Below, piece by piece: positions 53,379 to 62,877 of a stretch of DNA of 64,000 nt; positions within the stretch are counted from its first letter, which is position 1; every line of letters starts with the position of its first letter. The notes beneath the pieces are model-generated. The model was not told the DNA's origin. It saw nothing but the letters and a program-made list of their open reading frames with translations, and did no database searches. Source of the stretch: Desulfatiglandales bacterium (GTDB lineage: Bacteria > Desulfobacterota > DSM-4660 > Desulfatiglandales > HGW-15); contig CAXXJJ010000004.1 in NCBI GenBank assembly GCA_963667015.2, forward strand, positions 1,184,001-1,248,000. The letters run 5' to 3'. The position numbers and the translations under genes are program-made.

Positions 53379-53654
53379 ATGGAGCATAAAAAAACACTCT
53401 TAATCCAGAATGATCTTGGACTTCACGGGCGGGCCGCAGCAAAAATAGTTGAGCTGTCCAGAAAATACAGTTCCAAACTGTTTTTTAAAAAGAACGGTTA
53501 TGGAGAAGTGGATGGATCGAATATTTTATCGATTCTAACCCTTTCAGGCTCCAAGGGAACCGAAATAGATGTCAAGGCTGTTGGAGAAGATTCAGAGGAG
53601 CTTCTTGAAGAGTTAAGCAGGCTTTTTGATAACAAATTTGGTGAAGGCAGATGA
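53379..53654 (+). CDS. ptsH: PTS phosphocarrier HPr
   Basis: N.LGLHGRAAAKIV (His15), ILSILTL, FGE. Confidence 0.92.
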   Translation: MEHKKTLLIQNDLGLHGRAAAKIVELSRKYSSKLFFKKNGYGEVDGSNILSILTLSGSKGTEIDVKAVGEDSEELLEELSRLFDNKFGEGR

Positions 53655-55438
53655 CAGAGCAGGAAGCAACCGAAAATATTAAATTAACCGGCATCGCGGT
53701 ATCTCCGGGAATCGTGATCGGTAAAGCCCGGTTGGTAGAACGCTCGAAGCAGAAGATCATCTATCAGTATCTGATAAATGAAACTGAAATCCACAGGGAA
53801 GTTGAGAGGTTTAAAAAGGCCCTTGATCTGACAAAAGATCAGATACTCGCCCTGAAAAAAAGGATGTCAGACAGTATCAAAGAGCATTCATTTATCATGG
53901 ACGCCCATCTTATGATTGTAGACGATAAAATGATATCGGACGCTACAATCGAAATAATCCTTGAAGAAAAAATTAACGCTGAATGGGCATTAAAAAAATC
54001 TGTCCAGAAGATACGCAAGGTCTTTGATCAGATAGACTACGAGTATATCAGAGACCGCATTAATGATGTAGAAAATGTGGTTGAGCGCATACTCCGCAAT
54101 CTTGCAGGCAAGGAGCAGGAGAGCCTTTCAAAGATCAACGAGAGGGTAATCATAGTTGCCCATGATCTTACGCCGGCGGATACAAGCGAGCTTAACACCT
54201 TAATGGTAAAGGGATTTATTACCGATGTCGGAGGTAAAACTTCCCATACAGCAATAATGGCTCAATCCCTTAAGATACCGGCAGTCCTGGGCCTTGAAAA
54301 GGCAACAGGTATTGAAGACGGGACATTATTGATCGTAGACGGTTACAAGGGTGAAGTAATCATAAATCCTGATGATGATACCATTATCACCTATCAGGAA
54401 AAAACCATTTACTATGATAACTATATTTCAAGCGTCCTTCGGTTAAGCCATCTTCCTTCGGAAACAGTTGATGGCTACAGCCTGGGGGTTAAGGCCAATA
54501 TTGAGTTTCTTGAAGAGGTCGTATCGGCTAAGGACAGCGGAGCGGAAGGAATAGGCCTATACCGGACCGAGTTCCTGTATTTAAGGAATAAGGGAGTTCC
54601 TGACGAAGATGAGTTATTTGAGGATTACAAGCAGGTTGCAGAAATCATTGCGCCGGCTCCGGTTACAATAAGAACTCTTGATATCGGCGGAGACAAGATA
54701 CTTCCATACAGCAGGCTTTCAACAGAGGCCAATCCTGCCCTTGGGTTGCGAGCAATACGATTTTGCCTTAAGGAACAGGACATTTTTAAAAGCCAGTTAA
54801 GGGCAATATTACGTGCAAGCATCCATGGCAATATCAGGATAATGTTTCCTATGATATCCGGGATACAGGAATTCCTGGATGCAAAAGAGATACTGTTACA
54901 GGTAATGGAAAGCCTTGATAAGAAAAAAATCCCCTACGACAATAATATAAAGGTAGGGGCTATGATAGAAATTCCATCAGCTGTAATTATTGCTGACATC
55001 CTTGCAGAAAATGCGGATTTTTTCAGCATAGGAACAAATGATCTCATACAGTATACACTTGCGATTGATCGCAGCAATGAAAACGTTGCCTATATGTATG
55101 AGCCATATCATCCTGCTGTTATACGCATGATAATGCAGGTTGTTAAAGCGGCAAAAAACGCCGGGATAGAGGTGTCACTCTGTGGAGAAATGGCGAGTGA
55201 TCCATTCTGCATCCCGATTTTACTGGGGATAGGGATTAATGAACTGAGTCTTACTGCAGCGGGTATTCCGCTGATAAAAAAACTGATAAGATCCCTGTCA
55301 AAGGAAGAAGCCGATAAGGATCTTGAAGAAATAACCAGGCTTAAGACGTCGGAAGAAATAAAGACATTTATTCTTAAAAAAACTAAGGACCTGGTGCCTG
55401 ACAGTGATGATGAAAATATCTCATTAAATCATCAATAA
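53651..55438 (+). CDS. ptsI: PTS enzyme I (PEP-protein phosphotransferase)
   Basis: GG.TSHTAIMA, GIGLYRTEF, IRTLDIGGDK, NPALGLRAIR, MIEIPSA, SIGTNDL, CGEMA. Confidence 0.96.
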   Translation: MTEQEATENIKLTGIAVSPGIVIGKARLVERSKQKIIYQYLINETEIHREVERFKKALDLTKDQILALKKRMSDSIKEHSFIMDAHLMIVDDKMISDATIEIILEEKINAEWALKKSVQKIRKVFDQIDYEYIRDRINDVENVVERILRNLAGKEQESLSKINERVIIVAHDLTPADTSELNTLMVKGFITDVGGKTSHTAIMAQSLKIPAVLGLEKATGIEDGTLLIVDGYKGEVIINPDDDTIITYQEKTIYYDNYISSVLRLSHLPSETVDGYSLGVKANIEFLEEVVSAKDSGAEGIGLYRTEFLYLRNKGVPDEDELFEDYKQVAEIIAPAPVTIRTLDIGGDKILPYSRLSTEANPALGLRAIRFCLKEQDIFKSQLRAILRASIHGNIRIMFPMISGIQEFLDAKEILLQVMESLDKKKIPYDNNIKVGAMIEIPSAVIIADILAENADFFSIGTNDLIQYTLAIDRSNENVAYMYEPYHPAVIRMIMQVVKAAKNAGIEVSLCGEMASDPFCIPILLGIGINELSLTAAGIPLIKKLIRSLSKEEADKDLEEITRLKTSEEIKTFILKKTKDLVPDSDDENISLNHQ

Positions 55439-55483
55439 GACCTTTTCCCATTTATTACATTTACAATCGAGTTAAAGACAGTA

Positions 55484-55930
55484 ATGAGTATAAAAATAGT
55501 ATGTCAAAATAAGAAGGCCTTTCACGAGTATTTTATCGATGAAACCTTTGAGGCAGGCATGGTCCTCCTCGGTCCCGAGGTGAAATCTCTAAGAGATGGA
55601 AGGTCAAACCTTGTTGATGGTTATGCAAAGATCAGCAACAACGAAGTTTTTTTGCATAATATGCATATAACCCCCTACCCCTATGCCCATTATCTTGAGC
55701 TTGATCCAAAGCGAACAAGAAAGCTTTTACTCAATAGAAAAGAGATAAAAAGGCTTTTGGGTAAAACAAAAGAAAAAGGTTATGCCCTTGTTCCATTAAA
55801 GGTCTATTTTAAAGACAGCAAGGCAAAGGTGGAAATAGGCCTAGCAAGGGGTAAAAAGAAATATGATAAACGCCAGTCCCTCAAGGAAAAGGAACAGAAA
55901 AGGGAGATGGACAGGGTCAAAAAATACTGA
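55484..55930 (+). CDS. smpB: SsrA-binding protein
   Basis: [33 protein letters not shown]. Confidence 0.98.
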   Translation: MSIKIVCQNKKAFHEYFIDETFEAGMVLLGPEVKSLRDGRSNLVDGYAKISNNEVFLHNMHITPYPYAHYLELDPKRTRKLLLNRKEIKRLLGKTKEKGYALVPLKVYFKDSKAKVEIGLARGKKKYDKRQSLKEKEQKREMDRVKKY

Positions 55931-55956
55931 TAGCCCAACATGAATCAGAGATTGTA

Positions 55957-55985
55957 TTGACTATTAAAAGGTTAGTGGTTATATT
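55957..55985 (+). promoter_or_regulatory. Sigma70 promoter of ssrA
   Basis: TTGACT-N17-TATATT; leader hairpin CCCGATTA...TAATCGGG at ~56019-56045. Confidence 0.6.
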
Positions 55986-56074
55986 TGGTAAGTTAAATTA
56001 AAGAATCGATCAACACTCCCCGATTAGGTAACATTCTTAATCGGGTTATTATTAACAGATCATATCATTATTAA

Positions 56075-56434
56075 GGGGGCGAAACGGGTTCGACGGGGAT
56101 AAAGAAGCTTAAGTTGCATATCGAGGTTCTACTCGCTCGTTAAACGGGTGGATTTAAACACAAACGCAGACGATTACGCGTACGCTGTAGCAGCGTAAAC
56201 CATTTTGCTACCGGCCTTTTCAGTCTCTCCTGCGTGACAGGAAAGGGCGTCGACAGAGCAGGATAGCAGATATGACGCACCTGTAGGTCATTGACGCGAA
56301 ACCTTTATACAGGTTAGCCTTTAGCGACATCTCCTGATAGGAAACTAAAGGTGAATCTCTTATATCGGGATAAATATGTAGACGCTTAAGCGGAATATTT
56401 TCGGACGGGGGTTCAACTCCCCCCGCCTCCACCA
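56075..56434 (+). ncRNA. ssrA: tmRNA; tag reading frame ADDYAYAVAA* at 56166-56198
   Basis: 5' GGGGGCGAAACGGGTTCGAC, 3' GACGGGGGTTCAACTCCCCCCGCCTCCACCA, tag ending in AA-stop, directly after smpB. Confidence 0.97.
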
Positions 56435-56619
56435 AATTATAACAATTATTTCAATTTGATCTTGTTTTTGCTGATACCGGCTGATTTGTTTTTTATTTTT
56501 TAAGACGCAATAAGAAATCTTCAATTTCTGCAAAACTCTGGATTCTGTGGAATACACATTTTACATACTTTTAATGTATCATTATTGACATAGCTTATAT
56601 TTTCGTCTAATCTTTTCCT

Positions 56620-56755
56620 GCACGTTTCAAATGTGTTTAGTTTTTTGAAAGGTCGAATGAACTTCACGCTATATCCGATGCAACTCCCAATCATTCGGCC
56701 TTTCGCTATTTATAGAGAGGTCAGGAGTTGGCGTTCCTGACCTTTCGCCTTTTTA
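56620..56755 (+). ncRNA. Candidate small RNA 1
   Basis: Promoter TTGACA-N17-TAATCT (56585-56613); 14-bp stem 56647-56660/56691-56704; second hairpin 56715-56746 then U-tract. Confidence 0.45.
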
Positions 56756-56825
56756 AACCTAATTTTTACATTTTTTTAACAGTTTCATTGTTGACTTACT
56801 TCCGTTTAAATTCTATTCTTCGATT

Positions 56826-56910
56826 ACAAAGGTAGTCACGCCTTTATGAAAGGCCGGATTCTCTTCTTGTTACCATACTGAGCCACAAAATCCGGCCTTT
56901 CTTTATTCTT
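56826..56910 (+). ncRNA. Candidate small RNA 2
   Basis: Promoter TTGACT-N17-TATTCT (56791-56819); perfect 13-bp stem 56848-56860/56889-56901 then U-rich tail. Confidence 0.45.
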
Positions 56911-56989
56911 TACCTGCCATCCATAAACAAGAGGGAGACACTAATGAGTTTCATATATACCTTTTAACCATCAAGATATCCGGAACAGA

Positions 56990-58975
56990 TTATTCTTTCC
57001 CGATACTGATAGCGGCTTGATATGCACTGCTAATTGCCTGGTCAACCTTGCCAGGTTTTATGGCATCACCGATTATATCAACGGGCAGATCTCTGACTTT
57101 ACCTTTTAACTCATCAAATGGAACAGACTTCATTCCCAGGGCAAAAAGAATAGTATCAGCTTCAAGACGTTTCTCCTGCCCATCCGGTAATAGTACTCTT
57201 ACAAAATTATCACCCAGTTCCAGACATTTTGTGTTTTCCATAACATTGATGTTCTCTTTTGCAATTTCACTCACCAGGGCTTCACGATACATACCATAGG
57301 ATTCATCAGCAATACGAGGAAGCATTTCAACAATTGTGACATCATGTCCGCTCTTTGCCAGGTGTAACCCCTGTTCGGAACCGATCAGGCCTCCGCCAAT
57401 CATGATAACTTTTTGACCGCAGATAACTTCCCCTCTATAAGCCTTAAGGGATTGATTGGCATGTTCTATGCCCGGGATCTTCGGAGTTATCGGCTCAGAG
57501 CCGGTGGCTATTATGATATGGTCAGGTTTAATTTGATCAACCAGATCTCCATCTGCCTTTGTATTGAGAAGAACGTCAATGTCCCGGTTTCCTACCTCAC
57601 GTATCAGCACATTTTTAAAATTCATCAGATCAATCTTGTCAGGCTCCTGATCCGTGAAGAACAATAATCCTCCCAGCCTGTCTCCCTTTTCAGCCAGAAC
57701 AACTTTATGACCCCTGTCAAAGGCGGTTATGGCAGCCTGCATCCCTGCAGGACCTCCACCGATAATCAGTACTTTTTTCAAGGTTTTCGGAGGTTCAAGC
57801 TCATAAGGATCAAAGGGAAGATTCGCCAGTGGATTGATTGTGCAGTAACCGACAATTTTTGCCAGTTCCATGCTGTCAAAGGGGAGATCCTTATATCCTT
57901 CCTCCGGGGATCCCGGAAAGCATTTAAAGCATCTTATACAGCGCCTTATCAGATTCTCTTTTCCTTCTTTTGCCTTATTGGCTATCTCCGGGTCAGCGAG
58001 GGACTGTCTTCCCAGCACGATATAGTCCGCCTTCCCTTCTGCTATAATCTCCTCCATCTGTTCCGGCGCGTTAATACCCCCGACAATCCCTACGGGTATT
58101 TTTGTATATTTTTTGACTATTGCTGATAGTTCTGCATTGTAGCCATGCTCAACATACATGGAAGAAAACTGTTTGGTTGCAACGGCATCATAATATATTC
58201 CGCTGGATATCTGGACTGAATCAATAATCCCTTCCAGCATAGCCACAAACTGACCGGTTTCTTCAGGAGTAACACCGCCTTTATATCCGTCATCACCGCT
58301 GATTCTCAGTTCCAACAGAAAATCAGGCCCCATGACTTCTCTTATGGCCTTTAAAATCATTATTGGGAATCTTGCCCGGTTAACAAGGCTGCCGCCGTAT
58401 TCGTCAGTTCTTCTATTATATGAAGGTGATAAAAACTGGGTAAAGAGAAATCCATGCCCTCCATGAACCAGGACACCATCATAACCGCAGTTCTTAACAA
58501 ACTTTGCACAGGTGACAAAATCTGTGGTGACACGCTCCATATCCTCAACGGTCATAGCGCGCACCTTCGTGCCATTTGGACGAACTTCATCATTAGGTCC
58601 GATAGTTTCCTGGTCCGGCCCAAACGGAACCTTTTCCGCCCCTGCATGCATAAGCTCGCATATGGCGATTGCACCATGTTTTTTTATTCTTCTGGCATAT
58701 TCGCCTACCTTCTCAACCACGTATCCATCGGTTTGTGTAAAGTCTACCTCAGGTAGCGGTATCCTTATGGCATCCCTGAAGTTTACATCCAGTTCTCCTA
58801 CAGCAACGCAGGCATAGCCTCCCCGGGCAGGGGCCTCCAGTTTCCTGAAGGATTTATCCGCCGCTTCCGGATTGCAGGCTATGAGCGCGAACGCCATAGG
58901 AGCGCTTTCTATTCGGTTTTTATATGTAAAGCGTCCTACCTTTAAAGGAGAAAAAAGATAATCAAATTTTCCCAT
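56990..58975 (-). CDS. OYE-like NADH:flavin oxidoreductase (enoate reductase class); candidate flavanone-cleaving/chalcone reductase
   Basis: KNRIESAPM, HGGHGFL.TQFLSP.YN.RTDEYGGS..NRAR, GRQSLADP, CIRCFKC...C Fe-S motif, GGGPAG and GGGLIG Rossmann motifs; pathway role inferred from context. Confidence 0.9.
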   Translation of the reverse strand: MGKFDYLFSPLKVGRFTYKNRIESAPMAFALIACNPEAADKSFRKLEAPARGGYACVAVGELDVNFRDAIRIPLPEVDFTQTDGYVVEKVGEYARRIKKHGAIAICELMHAGAEKVPFGPDQETIGPNDEVRPNGTKVRAMTVEDMERVTTDFVTCAKFVKNCGYDGVLVHGGHGFLFTQFLSPSYNRRTDEYGGSLVNRARFPIMILKAIREVMGPDFLLELRISGDDGYKGGVTPEETGQFVAMLEGIIDSVQISSGIYYDAVATKQFSSMYVEHGYNAELSAIVKKYTKIPVGIVGGINAPEQMEEIIAEGKADYIVLGRQSLADPEIANKAKEGKENLIRRCIRCFKCFPGSPEEGYKDLPFDSMELAKIVGYCTINPLANLPFDPYELEPPKTLKKVLIIGGGPAGMQAAITAFDRGHKVVLAEKGDRLGGLLFFTDQEPDKIDLMNFKNVLIREVGNRDIDVLLNTKADGDLVDQIKPDHIIIATGSEPITPKIPGIEHANQSLKAYRGEVICGQKVIMIGGGLIGSEQGLHLAKSGHDVTIVEMLPRIADESYGMYREALVSEIAKENINVMENTKCLELGDNFVRVLLPDGQEKRLEADTILFALGMKSVPFDELKGKVRDLPVDIIGDAIKPGKVDQAISSAYQAAISIGKE

Positions 58976-59056
58976 GAAGTCCCCGATGCCAGATTAGAAA
59001 TATTAAAAAAGGATTACAACTTTGGCAGAGACAAGGCTTGCCTTGTCTCTGCATGC

Positions 59057-59899
59057 TTATTGAATCACTCCTTTCTGCTCCTCGTAAATCTGGGGCAGAA
59101 ACGACGCAAGATTGGTGTATTCCATTACATTATGCATGGCCAGTCCCTTTGCCACAATCTCCGGTAACTTTGCTGTTTTTGGCAGACAATAATGGGGTTT
59201 TTTATTCAGGATGTGATACCCCATCCAGAATCTTGTACGAAACTCAACGCCTTCAGGAATTTCCCTTATAAAGTGCATCATAAAGGCCGCCGATTTCTGA
59301 TCCGGTATTCCCGGAGGCGGATTTAACATCTTTGCTGAACCGTTTGCAGCCACGAGTGTACCCACGTTAGGTGACTTGAAGCGCTCCATATCAAAACCAA
59401 CATCCTCAGGCGTCATAAAGCTGATGGCAATCTTTTCCACGCTCGGTCCGCCTGTATCTTCGAGCACATAGTGTGTTATTCCCTGAAACTTCTTTTTGGG
59501 GGGTGTATTCGGGTCCAGCACAATAGCTCTGTGCCGGTCGCTCATGGAGACACCGAAATGTCCGGGTGGAAACCAGATCTTATATCTAAGATCTTCAAGA
59601 CCGTGCCATCCAAACCACCAGTCTACCATTTCAACTGTCACACCGGGCATCTTAAGGAGATTCGCAACATAGAGCCCTCCCTGAGGCAGGGCACACCAGC
59701 CGGCTTCGACTTCATGATATCCGGGATCAAGCATTTTGTTCAGCTCTTCAATGGGAAGGGCCTTTGCAGGGTCCATGGGTTTTTCCATCTTTTCCAGCGC
59801 ACCGGGGGCCGGAGGGGTCAGTTCTTTATAAAAGTATTTTGAATATGGTTTTGCCTCTTCCTCCGGGGTCAATTCCGGATCTCTTACCTGTATTTCCAT
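59057..59899 (-). CDS. phy: PhlG/phloretin hydrolase family C-C hydrolase
   Basis: MPGVT.EM.DWWF.WH....LRYKIW.P..H, HYVLED, RTRFW.G, H...EY.NLASFLP..Y; His/Glu/His/Glu metal ligands present. Confidence 0.85.
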   Translation of the reverse strand: MEIQVRDPELTPEEEAKPYSKYFYKELTPPAPGALEKMEKPMDPAKALPIEELNKMLDPGYHEVEAGWCALPQGGLYVANLLKMPGVTVEMVDWWFGWHGLEDLRYKIWFPPGHFGVSMSDRHRAIVLDPNTPPKKKFQGITHYVLEDTGGPSVEKIAISFMTPEDVGFDMERFKSPNVGTLVAANGSAKMLNPPPGIPDQKSAAFMMHFIREIPEGVEFRTRFWMGYHILNKKPHYCLPKTAKLPEIVAKGLAMHNVMEYTNLASFLPQIYEEQKGVIQ

Positions 59900-59901
59900 A
59901 A

Positions 59902-61614
59902 TTAGTCCTCCTGAGGATTATATTTATAATTTTCAAAGGGTATTTTTTCTGTTGAAAGCTTGAGGCTTCCATTTTCCAGCCTGGCGGTAATCCATTTACG
60001 CCAGTTCTGATCATCCTGTTCGGGAAAATCCTCCCTCACGTGCCAACCCCTTGTTTCCTTTCTTTCAAGTGCAGATTTCATATAGATTTCAGAGCAATAT
60101 GTCATGTTCCTCAGGTCATGACACAATCCCAGCATATGGAAGTCTCCTTCAGGAGATATTTCACTGTCCACAAGACCGTATATATCATCAATGACCTTTA
60201 ACGATTCTTCCATACGTTCACTGTTTTTACGTATACTGTAGCGGGGAGGTGTTATTACTTCCTGAAGCATCCGGATACCTTCACGGGGATTCATCCCTGT
60301 CTTTCTCTGCATCGGGGAAAAGATCGCCTCTTTAAACTCTGCAACCTGATCTTCATTTATATCGGGATCATTTGTATCCGCCGCATATTCAGCAACAGAT
60401 GATCCTGCCAGAACGGCAGACACACCAGCCCATGTAAGTCCTGACCCCCTCAAACGGCAGGGAGGAGGTGTAGCCCCGCAGAAACCGGAACCGGATTTAC
60501 ATGCATCACCCAGGGCCCACATACCATCAAGTGTCCCTCTCATGCTGTGATCAACACTGATGGCACCCATTTCTCCGATAAAAAGAGGTACTACTTCCGG
60601 CCGCCATCTCTCATCCGATGTAAATTTTGCTTCCTTTGCCATGAGTGCACCCCAGAATTTTCCGGCCCATTCACGGTCCCACTTAAAAAGAAAACCTCCC
60701 GCAGCAATGGGATTATTTACAAATATCTCTGTTTCTTCAAAGAGAATCGGGCCCCTGCCCTCCATGACTTCTTTTTCCATACCCAGGAAGATATTTATAT
60801 CAAAGTCAGGTTCCCACTCCTTGCAGTATTTGGGAGGCAAATATTCTCCGAGATCATTATAAAGGGCATACTGTCCGCCAACTATTGAGGACATATTCCC
60901 CCTGAGCCCGATATTATAGAAATTGGATATTTCAGCATTTCTTAACTGTGCACCGGCTCTGTATGCCGCAGCCACACCGTCACCCCTGCCGCTGTACCAC
61001 ATATTGGTGGCCATCCAGTTACAGGAACCGCTGGCAATGACAGTGGCTTTGCTTTTGAAGATTCGGAAGGTACCGTCAGTTATATCAAAGCCTACTGCCC
61101 CTGTAACAGCATTGCCTTCAGTAAGCAGTTCCACGCTTTGAGTTTTGTCCACCATTCTGACCCCGTTTTTCTTTGCCAGCTTTCTGAGTTTCAGCATTAT
61201 ATCGAGGTCATATGCCGTCAAAGCCCACAGAGGTATCTCTTCTATCCGTGAAAGCTTCCCGTTTTCATCACGCATGATTTCAATACCCCAGCTTTCAAAC
61301 ATCTTAACAAGCTGGAGTGAGGTTTCGGCATATATCCTGACCATTTCCTGGTCTTCAAGATAATGACCTACTTCATTTACATAGAACTCCAGGAATTTAT
61401 CTGCGTCATCGGTTTCGTCGAGCACCCACATAACGCCCGCACCCTTGTTTGCCTTTGATCCGGAAAAGCCGGTAGTTGCTTTTTCAACAATCAGTACATC
61501 CAGATTATTGTTAAGCTCCTTGATCCTGTTTGCAATTATCAAACCTGCCAGTCCACCGCCCAGGATCAGAACGTCGGCTGAAAAGACCTCTCCATATTTA
61601 TTTAAATCAGACAT
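59902..61614 (-). CDS. AprA/SdhA-like FAD-dependent oxidoreductase (FAD_binding_2 plus C-terminal helical domain)
   Basis: DVLILGGGLAG, IVEK, IASG, GDG..AAYRAGA.L.NAE, GMWALGD, SALERKETRGWH.REDFP. Confidence 0.85.
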   Translation of the reverse strand: MSDLNKYGEVFSADVLILGGGLAGLIIANRIKELNNNLDVLIVEKATTGFSGSKANKGAGVMWVLDETDDADKFLEFYVNEVGHYLEDQEMVRIYAETSLQLVKMFESWGIEIMRDENGKLSRIEEIPLWALTAYDLDIMLKLRKLAKKNGVRMVDKTQSVELLTEGNAVTGAVGFDITDGTFRIFKSKATVIASGSCNWMATNMWYSGRGDGVAAAYRAGAQLRNAEISNFYNIGLRGNMSSIVGGQYALYNDLGEYLPPKYCKEWEPDFDINIFLGMEKEVMEGRGPILFEETEIFVNNPIAAGGFLFKWDREWAGKFWGALMAKEAKFTSDERWRPEVVPLFIGEMGAISVDHSMRGTLDGMWALGDACKSGSGFCGATPPPCRLRGSGLTWAGVSAVLAGSSVAEYAADTNDPDINEDQVAEFKEAIFSPMQRKTGMNPREGIRMLQEVITPPRYSIRKNSERMEESLKVIDDIYGLVDSEISPEGDFHMLGLCHDLRNMTYCSEIYMKSALERKETRGWHVREDFPEQDDQNWRKWITARLENGSLKLSTEKIPFENYKYNPQED

Positions 61615-61629
61615 TGTATTAGCCTCCCT

Positions 61630-61890
61630 CTAGTCTTCCACATAGGATTTTGGATAAAAGGACCTGGGATAGGGCTCAGGAATAGAGACCGGATTAACCG
61701 GTATGACCTGGATTGCCCCTTCCGGGCATGAGAGCTCGCACCAGCTGCATGTGGCGCATTCCTCTGGATATTTTGCAACCGGCCTTTTGGCCTCAGCGTC
61801 CCAGACAATAACATCCACGTAACAGGCCCTGTAGCATTTCTTGCACCCTGTGCATTTTTCATAGTCTATAAGTATTTTATGTGTACTCAT
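61630..61890 (-). CDS. 4Fe-4S dicluster ferredoxin (AprB-like partner)
   Basis: CTGCKKCYRAC and YPEECATCSWCELSCP; SD GGAGG before ATG 61890. Confidence 0.9.
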   Translation of the reverse strand: MSTHKILIDYEKCTGCKKCYRACYVDVIVWDAEAKRPVAKYPEECATCSWCELSCPEGAIQVIPVNPVSIPEPYPRSFYPKSYVED

Positions 61891-61910
61891 TATTTCCTCC
61901 ATTAAGTGTT

Positions 61911-62843
61911 CTACTCAGGCATACTCGCCGAGATAAATTCCCTGTACTTTTTTACCCTTGCTTTGAATTCATCTGTTTTCTTTGATTCAGTAATACCGGT
62001 TTCATTATTTTGTATATCATCAACGTGAATCATCTTTCCTGAAATAGTGTCATGGGCATGTTTGAGCTGTTCTTCAGGAAACTCAAAAGCAACCTTCCCG
62101 TCCACTATTTTTATTTCGCCGATAATGCCGCAAAGGCAGCAGATGGCTTCGGAAGAGTTGTCATTCAGATAAAAGTTTCTGCTGTGGCAGTGGGGGCACA
62201 CACCTGCTTCACCTTTGTATGTGGCAGAAGCAATATCTTCGGCAGCCCTGGCCAGGTCCGCTCCTATCTGATGGACCCTGGCAACTTTTTCATCTTCCAT
62301 GATGATACCCTTGGACCAGGAAAAAACTTCATTGTCTATTATCTTCCACATGGGCGTCATGGCCTGAAGTCCGTGATCACACTGTATTCTGGTTGTCCAG
62401 TCCGAACCGCCTATACCCATGTAGGATACAACCTTATCCTTCAGGATTCTCGGATCAGGAATCTTTCCTCCTTTTTCCTCGGCTATCTTTGTCGCAATTA
62501 TATTGCTTCCCCTGTCCATTCTCGGGCCGAAACGATCTATCAGGGTTCGAACAATACTTGGAGTACCCTTAACAAACACCGGTGTGGCAAATACTATACC
62601 GTCTGCGTCGAGCATCTTATCCAGCAGCCATTCAAAATCGTCCTTCAGAACGCATCTATTACCTTTGCCTGAAAACAGGCCCATGACACAGCTTACGCAA
62701 CCGGTGCAGTATTTTAAATCCAGATTATGAAGATTGATAAACTCGACGTCCGCCCCCGCTTCCTTTGCCCCCATGAGGGCTTCCTTACACATTGAATCAT
62801 TATTTCCATTTTTAAATCCACTGGATATTCCTAGTATTTTCAT
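61911..62843 (-). CDS. flr: Iron-sulfur flavoprotein (FMN reductase-like fold), resembling flavone/flavonol reductase FLR
   Basis: MKILGIS.G..NG.ND.MC.EALMGAKE, CTGCVSC, DRFGPRMDRG, GGSDW.TR.QCD, TPMWK, GVCPHCHSRNF, ICCLCG, HAHDT.SGK; matches Flavonifractor plautii FLR as recalled. Confidence 0.8.
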   Translation of the reverse strand: MKILGISSGFKNGNNDSMCKEALMGAKEAGADVEFINLHNLDLKYCTGCVSCVMGLFSGKGNRCVLKDDFEWLLDKMLDADGIVFATPVFVKGTPSIVRTLIDRFGPRMDRGSNIIATKIAEEKGGKIPDPRILKDKVVSYMGIGGSDWTTRIQCDHGLQAMTPMWKIIDNEVFSWSKGIIMEDEKVARVHQIGADLARAAEDIASATYKGEAGVCPHCHSRNFYLNDNSSEAICCLCGIIGEIKIVDGKVAFEFPEEQLKHAHDTISGKMIHVDDIQNNETGITESKKTDEFKARVKKYREFISASMPE

Positions 62844-62877
62844 TTTACATAACTCCTATATGATATTCTTTTCAAAC

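Noticed and set aside
56220..56557. ORFs 56220-56435 and 56360-56557 on the minus strand
   Set aside because: Antisense shadows of tmRNA (MVEAGGVEP / WWRRGELNP are typical artefacts)
56647..56901. Mini-CRISPR from the repeated GAAAGG..CCTTTC stems
   Set aside because: The repeats are inverted arms of separate hairpins, each with its own promoter, not direct repeats with regular spacers
59902..61890. Genuine APS reductase aprBA or succinate dehydrogenase
   Set aside because: Subunits look shorter than and divergent from AprA/AprB as I recall them; no sat/qmo or sdhBC neighbours; embedded in a catabolic operon
62052..62672. 206-aa plus-strand ORF and similar overlapping ORFs (e.g. 7452-8027, 43898-44377)
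   Set aside because: Entirely antisense to well-supported genes, with no motifs
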